From Wallemia ichthyophaga EXF-994 (lineage: Eukaryota > Fungi > Basidiomycota): DNA of 124,000 bases. A model generated the notes under the pieces. That model searched no databases, was not told the DNA's origin, and saw nothing but the letters and a program-made list of their open reading frames with translations. Each line of letters opens with the position of its first letter. The first letter of the stretch is position 1. The translations under genes and the position numbers were made by a program. The stretch spans positions 20,001 through 144,000 of the forward strand of contig NW_008806281.1 in NCBI RefSeq assembly GCF_000400465.1, written 5' to 3'. Shown piece by piece: positions 1 through 14,285 of the stretch.

Positions 1-573
1 GAAGGTATAAGTGCGCACTTCGGCATTACCCCAATATTTGCCCGAATTATAACCATCAGTGATCCACCTGAGTATATCGCCATGAGCCACGAAAACAATC
101 TCGCTCTCTGGTCTTTGTCTGATCCACTCCCTGCACTTGCGCGCTCTCTCGCCAGCGTTAGCTGGATCGTAAATGCCCTGCTTGTTAGTCCAGTTTGGGT
201 GGACATCCGAGAAGTCCAGCGAGGCGAACTCAGGGTCGCTTGTGAGGAGGTGGGGCTCGCTGCCGGTATCGCAGGGGTACGCGTTGATCTCTTGCGCAAT
301 AGTGACAAGTAGCGGTGGCTTACCGGCGGATTGCAGTCGCTGCACTAACTCTGGATACCCCTCGAGCATGGTTTGCATGGGGCGGCGCAACGGTGAGCTC
401 ACTACCAGCTCCGCCGTTTTTTGTATCGTACCCGCTGTCAGTGGGGACAGTCGCGCCGATTGCTCTCGCCCGAGCGCGGTTAATGGCGCATCGGCTATGC
501 TGTAGTCGTCCGCGACATTGTGCTCAGCTTGCGCGTGGCGCGTGAAGTAGATGGTCTTTGATGGGGCGCTCAT
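1..573 (-). CDS. Histidine phosphatase / phosphoglycerate mutase-like protein (3' end runs off window)
   Basis: Manual minus-strand translation MSAPSKTIYFTRHAQAEHN...SSPLRR...VAHG shows the RH(G/A) and late His motifs; absent from the ORF track because it is truncated by the window edge. Confidence 0.85.
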   Translation of the reverse strand, partial: MSAPSKTIYFTRHAQAEHNVADDYSIADAPLTALGREQSARLSPLTAGTIQKTAELVVSSPLRRPMQTMLEGYPELVQRLQSAGKPPLLVTIAQEINAYPCDTGSEPHLLTSDPEFASLDFSDVHPNWTNKQGIYDPANAGERARKCREWIRQRPESEIVFVAHGDILRWITDGYNSGKYWGNAEVRTYTF

Positions 574-730
574 GATGGTTGGGTGGCACGAGTGGAGCGA
601 GAGCGAGAGTGTATGTGGATCTACGTGCGCGCGCACATGCGCCGAAATATCCTTATTTCCCGCCATCTCTCACGTTCACCTTCCATCTCCCATCTCCCAC
701 CGCCACCATTCTTGTTTTGCTACGCCGATC

Positions 731-3014
731 ATGTCGACACACATCAGGGAAACATTCTCGCAGTGCCATTCAAATGTGCGTTGTGCGTGGTAATCCTGCA
801 TAGATCCCCCACTCACACCGTCATTTCCAGGGCAAACCAGCTTTCGTGTGCGTATCAGCAGCAGAAACGAGACAAGACAAAGACTTACCCCGCACAGCAC
901 ATTCATGACAGCTGGCTATCCACACAGAGAGAGCACCGTCGATTTGATGCTGTCGCTCGAGAAAGGCGGCGCAGACATCATCGAGCTCGGTGTGCCATTC
1001 TCTGATCCAATCGCAGACGGTCCATCGATCCAGGCAGCCAACACTGTCGCTGTGTCAAACGGAATCACCTACGCGGACTGCCTCGAGTTCGTTCGTCAGG
1101 CTAGACAGCGTGGTTTGAAAACACCTGTCATGCTGATGGGCTATTACAATCCTGTCCTTAGCTACGGCGAAGAGAAAGCAGTCAAGGACGCCAAAGACGC
1201 CGGTGCCTCTGGTTACATCATGGTCGATTTGCCTCCAGAAGAAGCTGTTAAATTCCGTAATATCTGCACTTCAGAGGGTCTCTCTTACATACCACTCGTC
1301 GCTCCATCTACCACCGAATCACGCATTCAGTTCCTTGCTAGCATTACTGACTCGTTTATGTATGTTGTCTCCAAGGTGCGTCGTTGTTTGCGTGTTCCTG
1401 TCTTAGCTCATTTTCACTCTTCTTCAGATGGGCACTACTGGTTCTTCCACAGACGTCTCGACTGATATTCCCCAGCTTCTCGCTCGTATTAGAAAATACA
1501 CCTCCAATCCACTCGCTGTCGGTTTTAACATTTCCACGCGCGAGCACTTCAACTTTGTCGCAGACGCTGGCTCTGATGGTGTTGTCATTGGCTCGCGCAT
1601 CATCAATCTCGTCCGCGATGCACACAAAGAAGGTCGTGACATCAATGCAGCTGTTGTGAGCTACTGCGCTGATGTTTGTGCCGATGCCAAGGCAAGTTCT
1701 GGGCACAAGGCAGCAGCAGCGCCACCAATCGATCCACCGACTGAGCGCAACGCTGCTGAGCACCCACCTGCTCCCAACATGCCTGAGCCTTTGCTTGACG
1801 CAATGACAGGTCATCCAGCCCGTTTTGGTGAGTTCGGTGGTCAGTATGTTCCTGAAGCGCTTGTCGACGCCCTCGCTGAGCTGGAGGCAGCACATAGTCT
1901 TGCCGTAAGTGATCCCTCCTTCTGGCAAGAGTTGGAGGGCATGTACGAGTACATGGGTCGTCCATCCTACCTCTATGAGGCAACTCGTCTCACTGAACAC
2001 GCCCAGGGCGCGCGCATTTGGCTCAAGCGTGAGGATCTTAATCATACCGGCTCTCACAAAATTAATAACGCCGTCGGTCAGATCCTCCTCGCAAAGCGTC
2101 TCGGTAAGAAACGTATTATTGCTGAAACGGGAGCCGGTCAACACGGTGTTGCTACAGCTACAGTTTGTGCTCGCTTCGGCCTCGATTGTCATGTGTTCAT
2201 GGGAGCTGAAGATGTTAGACGTCAGGGATTGAATGTATTCAGGATGCGTATGTTAGGTGCACGCGTTATTCCAGTCACCAGCGGTGCACAGACACTCAAA
2301 GACGCTATCAATGAAGCTATGCGTGACTGGGTCACTAACCTTTCCTCAACTCACTACCTCGTCGGCTCCGCTATCGGTCCTCACCCCTTCCCTACGATTG
2401 TGCGCGATTTCCAGCACGTCATCAGCAAAGAGATCAAGAAGCAGATGATGGAGAAAGTGGGAGTGCTCCCTAATGCAGTCGTGGCCTGCGTGGGAGGTGG
2501 ATCTAATGCGATCGGCACCTTCTACGATTTCCTTCCGGACCCATCTGTGAAATTGATTGGTGTGGAAGCAGGAGGTGATGGAGTGGACACACAGAGACAC
2601 TCAGCCACACTCAGTCAGGGTAAGCCTGGTGTTTTGCACGGTGTGCGGACGTATCTCCTACAGAGTGCCAACGGACAGATTATCGAGACTCACTCTGTAT
2701 CTGCTGGTCTCGATTATCCAGGTGTAGGTCCAGAGCATGCCCATCTTAAGGATTCGGGTAGAGCGCAGTACATGGTCGCTGATGATGAGCAAGCTCTGCG
2801 CGGCTTCAGATTGCTCACTCAGCTCGAAGGTATCATCCCCGCCCTCGAATCCGCTCATGCTATCTGGGGTGGTGCTCAGTATGCCTCTACCCTCCGCAAG
2901 GAGGATCACGTCGTCATTTGTCTCTCAGGTAGAGGTGATAAGGATGTCGAACAGGTCAGTGAACTCCTCAAATCGGGTTGGGATAAGCGTCTCGATTGGG
3001 ATACCTCCGTGTAG
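731..3014 (+). CDS. TRP5: Bifunctional tryptophan synthase (alpha-beta fusion), multi-exon
   Basis: Alpha motifs [17 protein letters not shown] and YIPLVAP; beta motifs [39 protein letters not shown]. Confidence 0.97.
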
Positions 3015-3312
3015 GAGCGGTGTAATGGTGCTGTGGAAGGTGGAAAAGGTTTAAAGTGTTATTTAAACTTTATCGTGAAATGCATTGTATTGTTCAATCG
3101 GATTTCTTCTCGCATTTCTTGGTGCTGTGTGCATTTGAATATCCTTCAACATGACGTCACGTAGTGATCTTTGGAATGCCCACATGCCCAAATGACCGAA
3201 TATATATTTGCCGCAGTGCATATCTATCGTTGGTGTAAAAAATTGATCGTCTCTTGTTTCCTTCTCGTCCTTCTTGACTCTATCCTCCCTAGAAATACAG
3301 GTGTCTCAGTTT

Positions 3313-5062
3313 ATGATGGACACAAATACAAATGCACATGCAGATGCGGAATTAAAGACAAATACAGAGTCACCAAAAAACGCAGAAGATCTATCAACCA
3401 ATATCACCCAACCCACGCAGCTCTACCTAAACACTCAAGACACGCGCAAATTATCTACAGATTCATCTCAGCACACCCATGTCTGCAGTAGACATAGCTC
3501 CAGCTTCGACAAGTACCACTCGAGCTCAACGATACACCAAGACTCCCCTGCGTCGCACGACCTCCTCAACCAAGACATAGCCTACTATTTTCCCAACAAA
3601 GCCTACCGCTTCCAGAAGAAGTGGGTGCTGGTGGCTATGACAGCGTTGTCTTTCGCTACGATAGGTATCAATGATAGCGCTGTAGGTGCGTTAATGCCGC
3701 AGATGGAGAAATACTACCACAAAGTGAGACAAGTGATTGATTTAGATTTGCAAATCTAATTTGTCCCTTCAGAGCGAAGCTATAATGTCCTTCTCCTTCC
3801 TTGCGAACTCGGGTGGCTATGTCATCTCAACCGCCACATCCTCATTCCTGATACACCACCTGCAATTGCGCTACGTACTTATGATCGCCAGCTGTATTTA
3901 TTCGTTAGGCTCATTAATTGGCACATTTAGACCACCGTGAGTGTTTATACGAAAACTTTGGTGGTTCAAGGACTCATAGAATTCAAATTCCAACAGCTTC
4001 GGTGCTCTCATGGTTTCTTTTATCCTAACTGGCTTTGGTGGTGGGTTGCTAGACACTGCGGCTACATCTGTAATCGTCCATTTCGAAGATGGGCCACTGC
4101 TCACAGTGACATACTCCTTTTTCTCGCTCGGATCTATGGCGTCGCCATTCCTCGTCGGCGGACTGCAGAGCGGCGATAAGCAGCCATGGGAACTTTACTT
4201 CTGGTTTCCGTTCTCCCTAGCTGCTTTTCTCTTCCTCTTGCAGTGGTTCGTCTATCGCTCGTACAAGGCTCCAATTGAGAAGGATGCGTTGCATCTGAGT
4301 GCTGCGCGCAAATTTCGCCTCGTAATCACTGACTGGACCATCATAATCGGTGTCTCGCTCACCTTTGTTGTGTTTGCAATGCAGGGTGGGAGGAAATTTT
4401 GCGACAGATACTAACACTGACGCGGACACTCCACAGACTCTTGGAGCCAGTGGGCGAGCAAGTATTTGCAGGACACGAAGGAGCTCGGTGACGGTATTCC
4501 CCAGATCGCCCAAGGGACGTTCTGGGCCGGCGTGGCTGTTTCGCGCATAGTGCTGTGCAAATTAGTCGCTATGGTGGGTGACATCAAGGCATCGGTCAGC
4601 CTCTGCGCTATGTTTGCCCTCGTCTTGGTCGGTGTGTGGTTGGTCGAGACGCAGCATTTGGCAGGTGCTATATGTCTTAATATCCTGCTCGGTTTCGTCG
4701 ACGGACCACTCGTACCCGTCGTGCTGTCTACCAGTGTTAATACTCTGCCTCACTACCTCAAACAGCCTGCTACATCGGCCATTGTGTGTGGCGGTTTAGT
4801 TGGCTCTAGCATTATTCCCCTTGCTGTGGGACAGGCTGTCAACGCCTTCTCTACCGATATTGTGCCAGGAGTACTTATTGTTATTGCAGCAGTCAGCATC
4901 CTCCTCTATACCGTGCTGTATACCACTAAATACCTCAAGCTGATGAAAGATAATGATATCAAGCCTAGCATAAGTGGTTGGATGAAAGCTTCAATTAGCA
5001 AAAATACCTCTTTTTCCTCTAAGCATAGAGAATGCGCGCAACAGTCCCAAGCATCACCATAA
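3313..5062 (+). CDS. MFS transporter (Bsc6/fucose-permease-like), paralog 1
   Basis: GINDSAVGALMP, GGGLLDTAAT, FSLGSMASPF motifs, many TM segments, several introns. Confidence 0.85.
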
Positions 5063-5515
5063 TCACCGTGATATATTTCTTTGTATAGAGCACACAAGCC
5101 CTCGTTTGGTTTTTTAAGATAGAAGGATCTTGTTTAATGATTTGTAATTTGTTTTATCGATGTTTTTGTTGCAATTGTTACTGTTGCTTGGCACGGATAC
5201 AAGCGCCTCTGAAACCCTGCTGCAAATCTCCCTACACTAGCCTCTAGCACCTCTCAGCTACATTATAATATGAAAAAGCTATACCGTCACACATTTTATT
5301 ATTCTTGGCAGCATGCATTCGCTAATCCCCGCGAAATGACTCCAATTATGAAAATTTGACCGGAATGTTCTTTGAATATTCGCGCTTCGCCGAGCGCATG
5401 TAGGAATATAATTTCCCTTTCTGGCATCTTTTGACGTCTTATACCAGTTACAAAACACACGAACGATCTAGAACGAACACTACACAACAATACGACAACA
5501 TAGCTACTAGTGAAA

Positions 5516-7418
5516 ATGTTCACAAGCAAGAACAAAAAAGCATCGCAGAAGCAAAAACAGAAAGAAAGAGAGAGAATGGAGCAAAATAAGGAGAACCTCC
5601 CAGATACAAGGACTCTGCCGTACCTCCACAATGGTCGACGTGAGAGTCAAGACTACACGAGAAATAACACGTTGGGTGTTGGGAGCACATCACTTATTGA
5701 TACACTAGAAACTATTCCTAGTGTTTCCCCTGATGACAAGAAGTACATCAAGGAACCCGAGCGTACTAGGAAGAAGCCAAAACGCACAAAATCTGCACCT
5801 CCGCTGACCATGCACAACTTTGACACTCAGTCTGAAGCATCTATAAATGAGTTAGATAGGGGCGATAAATACCTCAAGAAGGTATTTTTCTTCCACAACT
5901 CGCGATGGAGACTTCGCAGGTGCTATGTCATGATTGGTATGACGAGGTGAGTTGTTTCTTTGTCTACTTAAAAATTCTAAAGAGAACAGCTTGACATACA
6001 TGGTAATCGGACTAAACAGTAGTGCAATCGGTGGTCTTATACCACAAATGGGAGAGTATTATGACATAGTGAGTAAGTTATGCACAATTCAGTCTCTACT
6101 GACAAGCACAGTCAGAAGATGATATGTCAATGTGCTTTTTAGCTAATTTTGGCGGATACTTAATCTCGACCGCTTTGTCCGCGTTCCTGATTCATCACGT
6201 CAGACTCCGTTTGGTATTAACTGTGGGCTGTTCCTAGTAACTGTAAACCTTATCTGATAGCAGCACAGTCGGCATCAGCAATTTACTTTAGTGGTTCGCT
6301 CGTTGCAACATTTGCGCCTCCTTTCGCTGTCTTTATCGTCAGTCTCGTTTGTGAGTAGTGCAATGTATTGTCAACTTCGTCTAACAACATCAGTGACTGG
6401 TACAGGGGCAGGTCTGTTGGATGTGGCTGCAACTTCAGTTATTATGCATTACGAAGATGGTCCGCTACTGACAGTCACATACTCGTTCTTCTCGGTGGGG
6501 TCGATGATCGCACCTTTCTTAGTCGGAGGGTTGAGAGCCAGCAACAACAAGCCATGGAATCTGTACTTCTGGCTTCCTGTCGCACTCTCCTCTCTGCTCA
6601 TGGTGTTGCAGTGGTTTGTCTACGCCTCCTACCAGTCACCCTCGGAGAAACGCTCTGGCAATGACACATCTTTCCGTCGACTCCGCTTCGTTCTCTCAGA
6701 TCCTTTCATGTTGTGAGTTTTGGTTATATAATGAAACACCCACTAACAACACGATAGACTCACGATCATACTCTTCTTCGTCATGATGGGCATGCAGGAT
6801 AGTTGGTCGCAGTGGGCTGTATCGTATCTAGAGAGGGCAAAGGGTATGGAAGGTTCACTTGCAAACATAAACTTAGCATGTTTCTGGGCTGGTGTTACCC
6901 TCTCCCGCTTAACTCTCGGTCATTTCATAAACAAATGGGGTGATATGAAGTCTGCAATCACGCTCAATCTGGCATTCACGTTCATGATGACTGGATTTTG
7001 GCAAATCGACGACAGTCTCAATTACGGTCCAATTGTCTTGAACATATTTTGCGGTATTTTCGTAGGTCCGCTGGTACCACTCATATTAACAACAGCCGTT
7101 GATCGGTTGCCACATACTTTAAAGACGACGGCAACATCTACAGTCATAGCTGGCGGACTAATTGGTAGTACCGTTATGCCGATGTCCCTCGGTCAAGCTA
7201 TTCATAAATTTTCCGAACACATTATACCAGGGGTATTGATTGTCGTGTCGTTCATCCTTCTCGCTGGACTTCTCGCCCTCTTTTCTATGAAATACTATAG
7301 ACGATCTTTAAGCAAGAAGGACATTTCTAAGACTGTTCACAACCACGGCTCCTTGGCTCATGAAATGAGGTTAAATAGGAGAAAGCTCGTTCATCCACCG
7401 CGCATAAACAGACAATGA
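5516..7418 (+). CDS. MFS transporter, paralog 2
   Basis: GAGLLDVAATSVIMHYEDGPLLTVTYSFFS nearly identical to paralog 1; TM segments. Confidence 0.85.
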
Positions 7419-7862
7419 TCAATACATTAACCAGACTCTAACGAGCGCTTTAAATATTGAAATCTCTACAGATCGATGGATTATTGCTTTTGCTTAAAAC
7501 TTGTTTTACTCTTCTTAACTTTAATGTAGTTTTCAATTACACTTTGCTTAAATTTTTCAAGAATCTTAAGATTGGCTTGTTTGATTAATTACATAATCTA
7601 CGCAAGAAATTCTTATTCCTGAGTCTCTTGAAAAGGGAAAGTAAATTAGAAATCTTTGTTTGTTTGCTTTGGAATGAAGAATGGTGGAGGAATGAAGAGT
7701 GAGGAATGGAGATGCCTTTGATGCTTACGTGTTCACTGCGGATGATACGGGCAATTGAGCCCGATTCAATCAATTGGAGAACGGAATGTCAAATCATTAT
7801 CCACATGAATTCATGGTGATAATCATCTCACTGAGGTGCCGCAAGCGTTGTTATAATAGACT

Positions 7863-9474
7863 ATGGTTACTTTTTTCAAAAAATCTTCAGCAGCTAATAG
7901 CGGTGGCAATACTGACAAATCATCAGTCCCGTATACTGGCACAGATAATGACACATCCAACAATGGCAACACTGTCAAATCACAAGTAGCGGATAATGAC
8001 GCAAATAGCGACATATCTAGTCTCGAGAAACAAAATATCAGTGAAAAAGTAGAGCTTTCCACCATAAGATGGTCTATCATGATAGTTTTTCTATGTTTCT
8101 CATTCACTGCAATCGGGATAAACGACTCAGCAACGGGTTCCAATTTACACAACATACAAGAGCGCTACTCAATAAGCTATAAGCAAACATCCTTTCTCTT
8201 TCTCTCCAACGCTGGCGGCTATGCTGTCTCAAGTTTGTGCACTTGCTACGTAATGTTTTGGATAGGTGTACGCTGGACAATCTTTTTCTCAGCTATTATT
8301 TATTCTGGAGGAGCTCTTATTACTTCTTTTGCACCCCCCTTTGGTGTTATCGTCGTTTCCTTATTCCTGCAAGGAGTAGGTAGTGGATTCTTAGACGCGG
8401 CAGCTACCTCTGTTCTCGCTCTAATTGCCTCTGCTGATGTGCTATCGCGTGTGTACGCTTCATTTTCGCTTGGTTCTGTGGGTTGGGAGTCACAACTCTT
8501 CTGAACATTTAGTCTAACAAAGCATGGCTACAGATGACTGCGCCTTTTATTATCGGTGCATTCTCTCAACATCATTTGACTTGGAATGTAAGTGGGATGT
8601 TCTGAAACATCTCAATTGCTCAACAAACGACAGTACTTTTACTTCTTTCCAATGTGAGCTAAGAACGCCATAGAAAGAAAGTCACTAAAGTAGACCAGGT
8701 CATTAGGAATCGTTCTCGCCTCAACTGCTTTATGGGTTTTTAAACACTTTACTCTTCCAAACCAAGGCGATAAAAAGCACGAGAAAGACAAGTCTGGAAC
8801 GGTGAATGGCCGACTGAAGTTAATTCTTTCAAGATCTGAGGTGTATTTGGCACTCGTTCTTGTATGCCTCGCTAGTTCTCATCAGTGTATAAACTCACAA
8901 TGGTCGCCGTCCTATTTCCTATTAAAGGGATACGAGGAAGACGTGAGTACATATGTCGTAGCCGGATTCTGGGGAGGTGGGTTAAAGGTTCTCTAGAATT
9001 TCGCACTAACTATCGACAGGTGTGACAATTGGCAGGTTGGCCGGTCCCACTGTGTTCAAGAAAGTATATGACAAGACACGCAATATATCACTTGTCGCGC
9101 TAGCAATGGTATTCAGTGGTGTCATATTTGCTGTCGATAGCCTGGCAGCTAGAGCGACACTTCTATGCCTGACAGGGCTAGCATGGGGTAAGTAACCCTA
9201 AAGTAACGACCTCAAACTTAAACACTGACCGTCGGCGAATATAGGCCCGATAGCTCCAGCGAGTATCGATGCAGGTATATCGATGGTGCTTGAGGAGGAA
9301 ATATCAATAATAACCCCACTGATAATATGCTCTGGATTGCTGGGAGCGAGTTTCGCGCCCTTTTTCTTCTCATTCGCCGCTGATGCCTTTACAGCCAATA
9401 TATTACAACCAGTGCTAATTGTCGTGGCTGGAATAGAGCTAATATTATTCATCTTTGTACCAAAGAAACAATGA
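7863..9474 (+). CDS. MFS transporter, paralog 3 (more divergent)
   Basis: GINDSATGSNL, GSGFLDAAAT motifs; TM segments. Confidence 0.8.
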
Positions 9475-10668
9475 AATTATTGTCGGCTATTCTAGCTGAC
9501 CTTGACATTTGCACAATCATTCCTGCTATTGCGAGCAAGTAAGCTTGATACATAGCCATAGATAATCTTTAAAGTATCTCTTCAGAATCATATCCTTGAG
9601 ATTCCAATTGCGTGTTATAGGCTGTTCGGAAGTTGCAATCCGAAATCACTATGGAACACGTTTTAAGGATAGATATGGAATATTTTATGTGTTTGATCGA
9701 TATAACAGATTTTATTGACTTTTAAAGACTACAAGCATCCAAAAATCTCAATTTTTCGAATCTACAAACGCAAATTATCCTTTTCGACGCATAGTCTTTA
9801 CAGGAATTGATGCTTGCTCCAGGGGTATAGTGGGATCATCAAACACCTAGCAAAACAGTTTATGGAAAGGAAAGTGGGAGTCAGCCGAGCTCTGAAATCG
9901 GGGTTTGGCTTCTGATCAGTGCGTTTCAGGATTTCACATGATGGGGATGCGAAGGCTGTTGAGGCTCCTTTGGAATCATTATAGGCAGGACAATTGGATG
10001 TAAAATTTTAAGCTCCTAAACATCGCCTGAATGCTAGACATTAACAAGCAGGCTGACAGATTGGCTGGTAAACTACGTCTATGGCATTCTATGCGATTTT
10101 GGCGTCATACTTGACAGGGTATGTGTGGCGTGAGAAAACCCTGGAAAAAGCACTCAATGACCTTCAAACTTTAAAGCTTACCGTGGCGTAAGTCAAATGT
10201 TTCCATTAAGTGTGATGAAGGGATATAGTGATATGGGAGATAAGCATGAAATATATTAATGGATGAGATTCCTACCAGCGCAGCTTATTGACTGCTCTCT
10301 TCATTATAAGTGAAATGCAATCAGACTTAAAGGTTTATAAAGGCTAAAGAAGGGCGCTAGCGACAGTGTACATGTGAATATTATAGACTATTAATGTTTG
10401 TAGATTAAAAAAATTACAAGCTTTCAGTCGACCGTTCTGGCTTTGTGTGACATTTGAAGAAGGGTACAAGCCTGAGTCGATATGATATCAGTATCCTTGA
10501 GAGTGCCTGAGCTGTATTCGAGATTCGAGATTCGAGATTTGGCACTGCCTTCTTCAAAGAACTGCATCTTCATTCCTCAAGCACCTACAGTGCAGCTTAA
10601 GAGAACTTCAGAGCATTCCAAAGATCTGTCAGCCGATCCTCAGAAACAGCTCTGGAATAAGCACCGTC

Positions 10669-12563
10669 ATGTTAACTAGGAATAGAAGTAACCACAACCC
10701 CTCAACTACAATGGCTTCCAACGCGTGCTTATGTGGTGCTATCCCCAACAAGACACGCGACCCTGAATCAATCTACTGCTCGACAACATGCGCGCGAGCC
10801 GACTCACTCGCTGCGTTGACCGCGCCAGAAGAGCTCACGTACACACGAGCCAGCCACTACCGCCGTGTATCATCCAAACAGGAGTTGCACGTGCAAGCCA
10901 GCAGCAAAAGCAGTAAGGACGGCAAAGGCAGCAAAGAAATCGATGTCAACAAAGATGTCGACAGTCAGTCGTCCTCTTCGAAGAAATCTGCTACACGCAA
11001 GTCACACTGGAAGAAAGCGAGACAGATGCTCTTCGGCAGTCCTGGTACACCTGAAGAGAGCGGCGTGGAAGAGAAGAAGCTGAAAGGCAGGATACTGAGA
11101 CGCAAGTCCAAGTCGTACTCCATCCTCAATCCGTCAAGACAAGCGAGATCACCGCCTAGTGAGTGCTTGGAGTATCGCGAACGACACCTTCTGACACCCA
11201 CATAGAACAACCGCAACTCGGCCAGCCTAAACTCAAGCTAAAACCCGTAACGAGGCAGCGGACGTGCTCCAGCGAAGAAGAACTGAAACCTCCCCCTCTT
11301 CCGCCAAAGCAGGCCAAACTACCCCTAGGCGCACGCCACAAGCGCGTACCGGCAATCATAAAGATACCAGGTCGTGACGTAGACTATACACACTCTAGGA
11401 ACGCGTCTACAGCTTCGGAAGCACAGACAACAGCATCGTCTGCTAACACAACGACTACTTTCCAGACTGACACCACTGCCACAACAGCTCCGTCGAGCAT
11501 CGTGTTGGACACGCCATTAATTTCGCCCAAGAAGTTCGGTGCCCACAGTACGCATGGTTCACATGGCTCAAGTGCTTCGCACGTCTCATGCGGATCGCAT
11601 AAGAGACAGTCGATCGCTTCACGTATCAGCCACCCCCGGCACTCTCCGGAATCAACACCGATCGCAAACAAAGTGGAAACGACGCCGGTGATTTCGCCAA
11701 AGATATTCGGTCCACAACAGAGAGAATCGTTTGGTTCGCGTATAACCAACTCACCGGAATCTACAGCGACACCTACAGGATTAGCACTAGGGACAGTCGA
11801 TAACACAGGCACACCAACGCCCGCGCCTGTGATCAGTTTCAATGACATGGATGATAGCTTAGTGCGGTCGCCATCGTCGAACACAGTGGCTTTGAATAGA
11901 GCTCGCTCAAAAGCATTGAGGGACAGAGCTAAGCGGTTGTCACTTGCTAAGTCTTCCAACAACCTCCAGGTTGCCTCAAACCAGAGTCTCACGAAGACAC
12001 TGCAACAGTCTCAAAGCTGCTCGACGTTCAGATCTGCAACGACAAGCACATCTAAGCAGACTTTCGAGAGTGCGTTCGATGGCACCAACCCAGCTGATTA
12101 CAGTCCAAGTCCAACATGGGAATACGACGATATATACAACAGCAACAGCCATATTTCGCTCGATAATGGGAATGGGAATGAAGACAGGGTCAATGGTAAT
12201 GCTGCTGGTATCATGCCACTACAATCAATCAGGGAATACTCACCAATCAAGGAGTCGCATGAGCCATTAGCAAATAAGGAGTCACCACCAAAGGAGGCAT
12301 CTCCACCACTCGTCGATTACGATCTGGATTGGTACATTCAACACTCTCAGTCGTACAAATCCATCAAGATAGCACCACCACCTGCACCACCAGTCGCACA
12401 ATCAATCGCACCAAAATCAGCGCCTCCCAGCCCGTCTGACCCGAATGCAACATTCTCAAAGATGAGCAACACCAACCACGCTGAACAGAACGAACTTGAG
12501 GATCTAGATGATAGCATGAAGCAGGCATTGCTGATGGCGGATGATATACTCGCATTTTCCTAA
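10669..12563 (+). CDS. Hypothetical S/T/P-rich protein with N-terminal CxC...YCSxxC motif
   Basis: Two ORFs joined by a GTGAGT...TAG intron near 11160-11207; low complexity. Confidence 0.6.
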
Positions 12564-12849
12564 ACATTCTTATGACTCTGATGATATTTATTAACTGTCT
12601 CTTGCACGAAAAACACTACGCTCACTACGTTTTCTTATTTGTACGTTCGCATACTCGCACAATCGTTATTGTCATGTTTTTGTTATATTTGAAGATGAAT
12701 GAAATAATGCAATACAAAACAAATCGTTAGGGTGCGCAATCCAAGCGCTGTCTTTGGTGCTATGTGCTACGTGCTATGAGCGACGAGCTATTGGCTATCG
12801 TGCTTTTCTATGCTGATATAATTATGAGAGTGTGTAAAAAAAGAGAATC

Positions 12850-13714
12850 CTAGTAAATGACACCGCGGTCACCACCTGCAATCCTTTGCAGACGGGAAGT
12901 GATTGAGAAGTCACCGTAAAAGGACATGCTGTCTTCGAGCTTATTCCTGACGTCTTTCTCGTCGACTCTGCTACCCCAGATGGACTCGCTGTAGATATCC
13001 TCGGCGTCAAAACGCTTCAATCTGGGACAAGCTGTGGCTATACCAGCGAGCATTGTTGCAGGCGCCTTAATAGCCTGGCCGAGCGAGATAGTCTCCAGGG
13101 TTGGCGACAAGACAGCAGGGAGGTATCTATCTGGATGTGTGCACTGAGGGAACTGGACGTGTGACATGCTCAAGTGCAGCAGTCTGCTCCATCTTGGCAG
13201 TTGGTTTAGGACGATTGTGAGACATGGCGTCACCACACTGAGACTGATATGATGCGGTGGGTCAGGTGATGTCCATTCGAAGCTTATCGGGCTGCGTGCG
13301 AGTGTGAGAAGAGGTGAAGTGTAATGGCATTCCCACTCACTCGATAGCAGCGAGACCTTCAATCAAACCACGCCTGTCTTCGTTCCAGAGACCCATAGCG
13401 CGTAATTTGAGGTGCTGCACGTTGCGGCACTTAGTTAAGGCATTGCCAACAGAATCCCACACAGAACCAGCAGCTGAGGGGAGGTTGATGTGTAGTGCCC
13501 TGACTTTGCTGAGAAGCTCGAGTGGAACGTTGTTGGAAAACAGCTCAAGTTGGTTGAGTGAGTTGATGGCGCATGGATGCTGCTGGTATACGTGACGATA
13601 GAGAATTTGAGTTGTGCGCGGGTGTATCAGCAGCAGATCCAACGCGCTCGAGCGGGAGTCTTGCAGTGCGTCTGTGAGAATAGGTTCGAGGAGTTCTGTG
13701 GGCAATTTAATCAT
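12850..13714 (-). CDS. F-box-like / LRR-like protein
   Basis: N-terminal KLPTELLEPIL, leucine-rich repeats-like segments, one intron near 13300-13345. Confidence 0.55.
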
Positions 13715-14285
13715 CGTCGTGATGGTAGTCGTTATTAAATGGAATTCCTAAAATAATTATTCGGAGTGGAATATTCGGACGAAGTGCGGGGTCAGGTCGC
13801 AGTCTCAGTTTCAGATTAGATTATTCATCATCAGGTACAGAGTTACAGGCTTTTTTGTGCGCGCATCTTAACTTTAATTGATTACCATTGTATATCGATC
13901 ACAGCCCATCTCCTGTAGGTTTTCATACACTCCCAAATCCAGCCTTTCAGACTCATTTCCTCTTTGAGTTTGTTTCACCTGAGACACAACCTCGGTACTC
14001 CTCGGGGAGGATTTAGCCAATATTTTTCAGCAACCGAAAATTTACCTGTGAATTATTCTTCGAAACACACACGTCTGTCATAGTGTATCGCAGTACACCG
14101 CATCACGTGCTACTCGAACAACTGCGGAAATGTCACCATGTCACCGCCCCACCGATGTCAACCATTTTTGGTAATTATTGTCTACATTGCGGTGAGGAGG
14201 CTGTGAGCAATATGGCAGTGCAGGGCATCTTTCTCTATCTTGTATCCCTCTGCTGCGAACTTCCTCCTGCTTCCGCACCATCATC

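Noticed and set aside
9500-10660. 1.2-kb intergenic stretch
   Set aside because: No coding, repeat or RNA signal recognised; probably regulatory.
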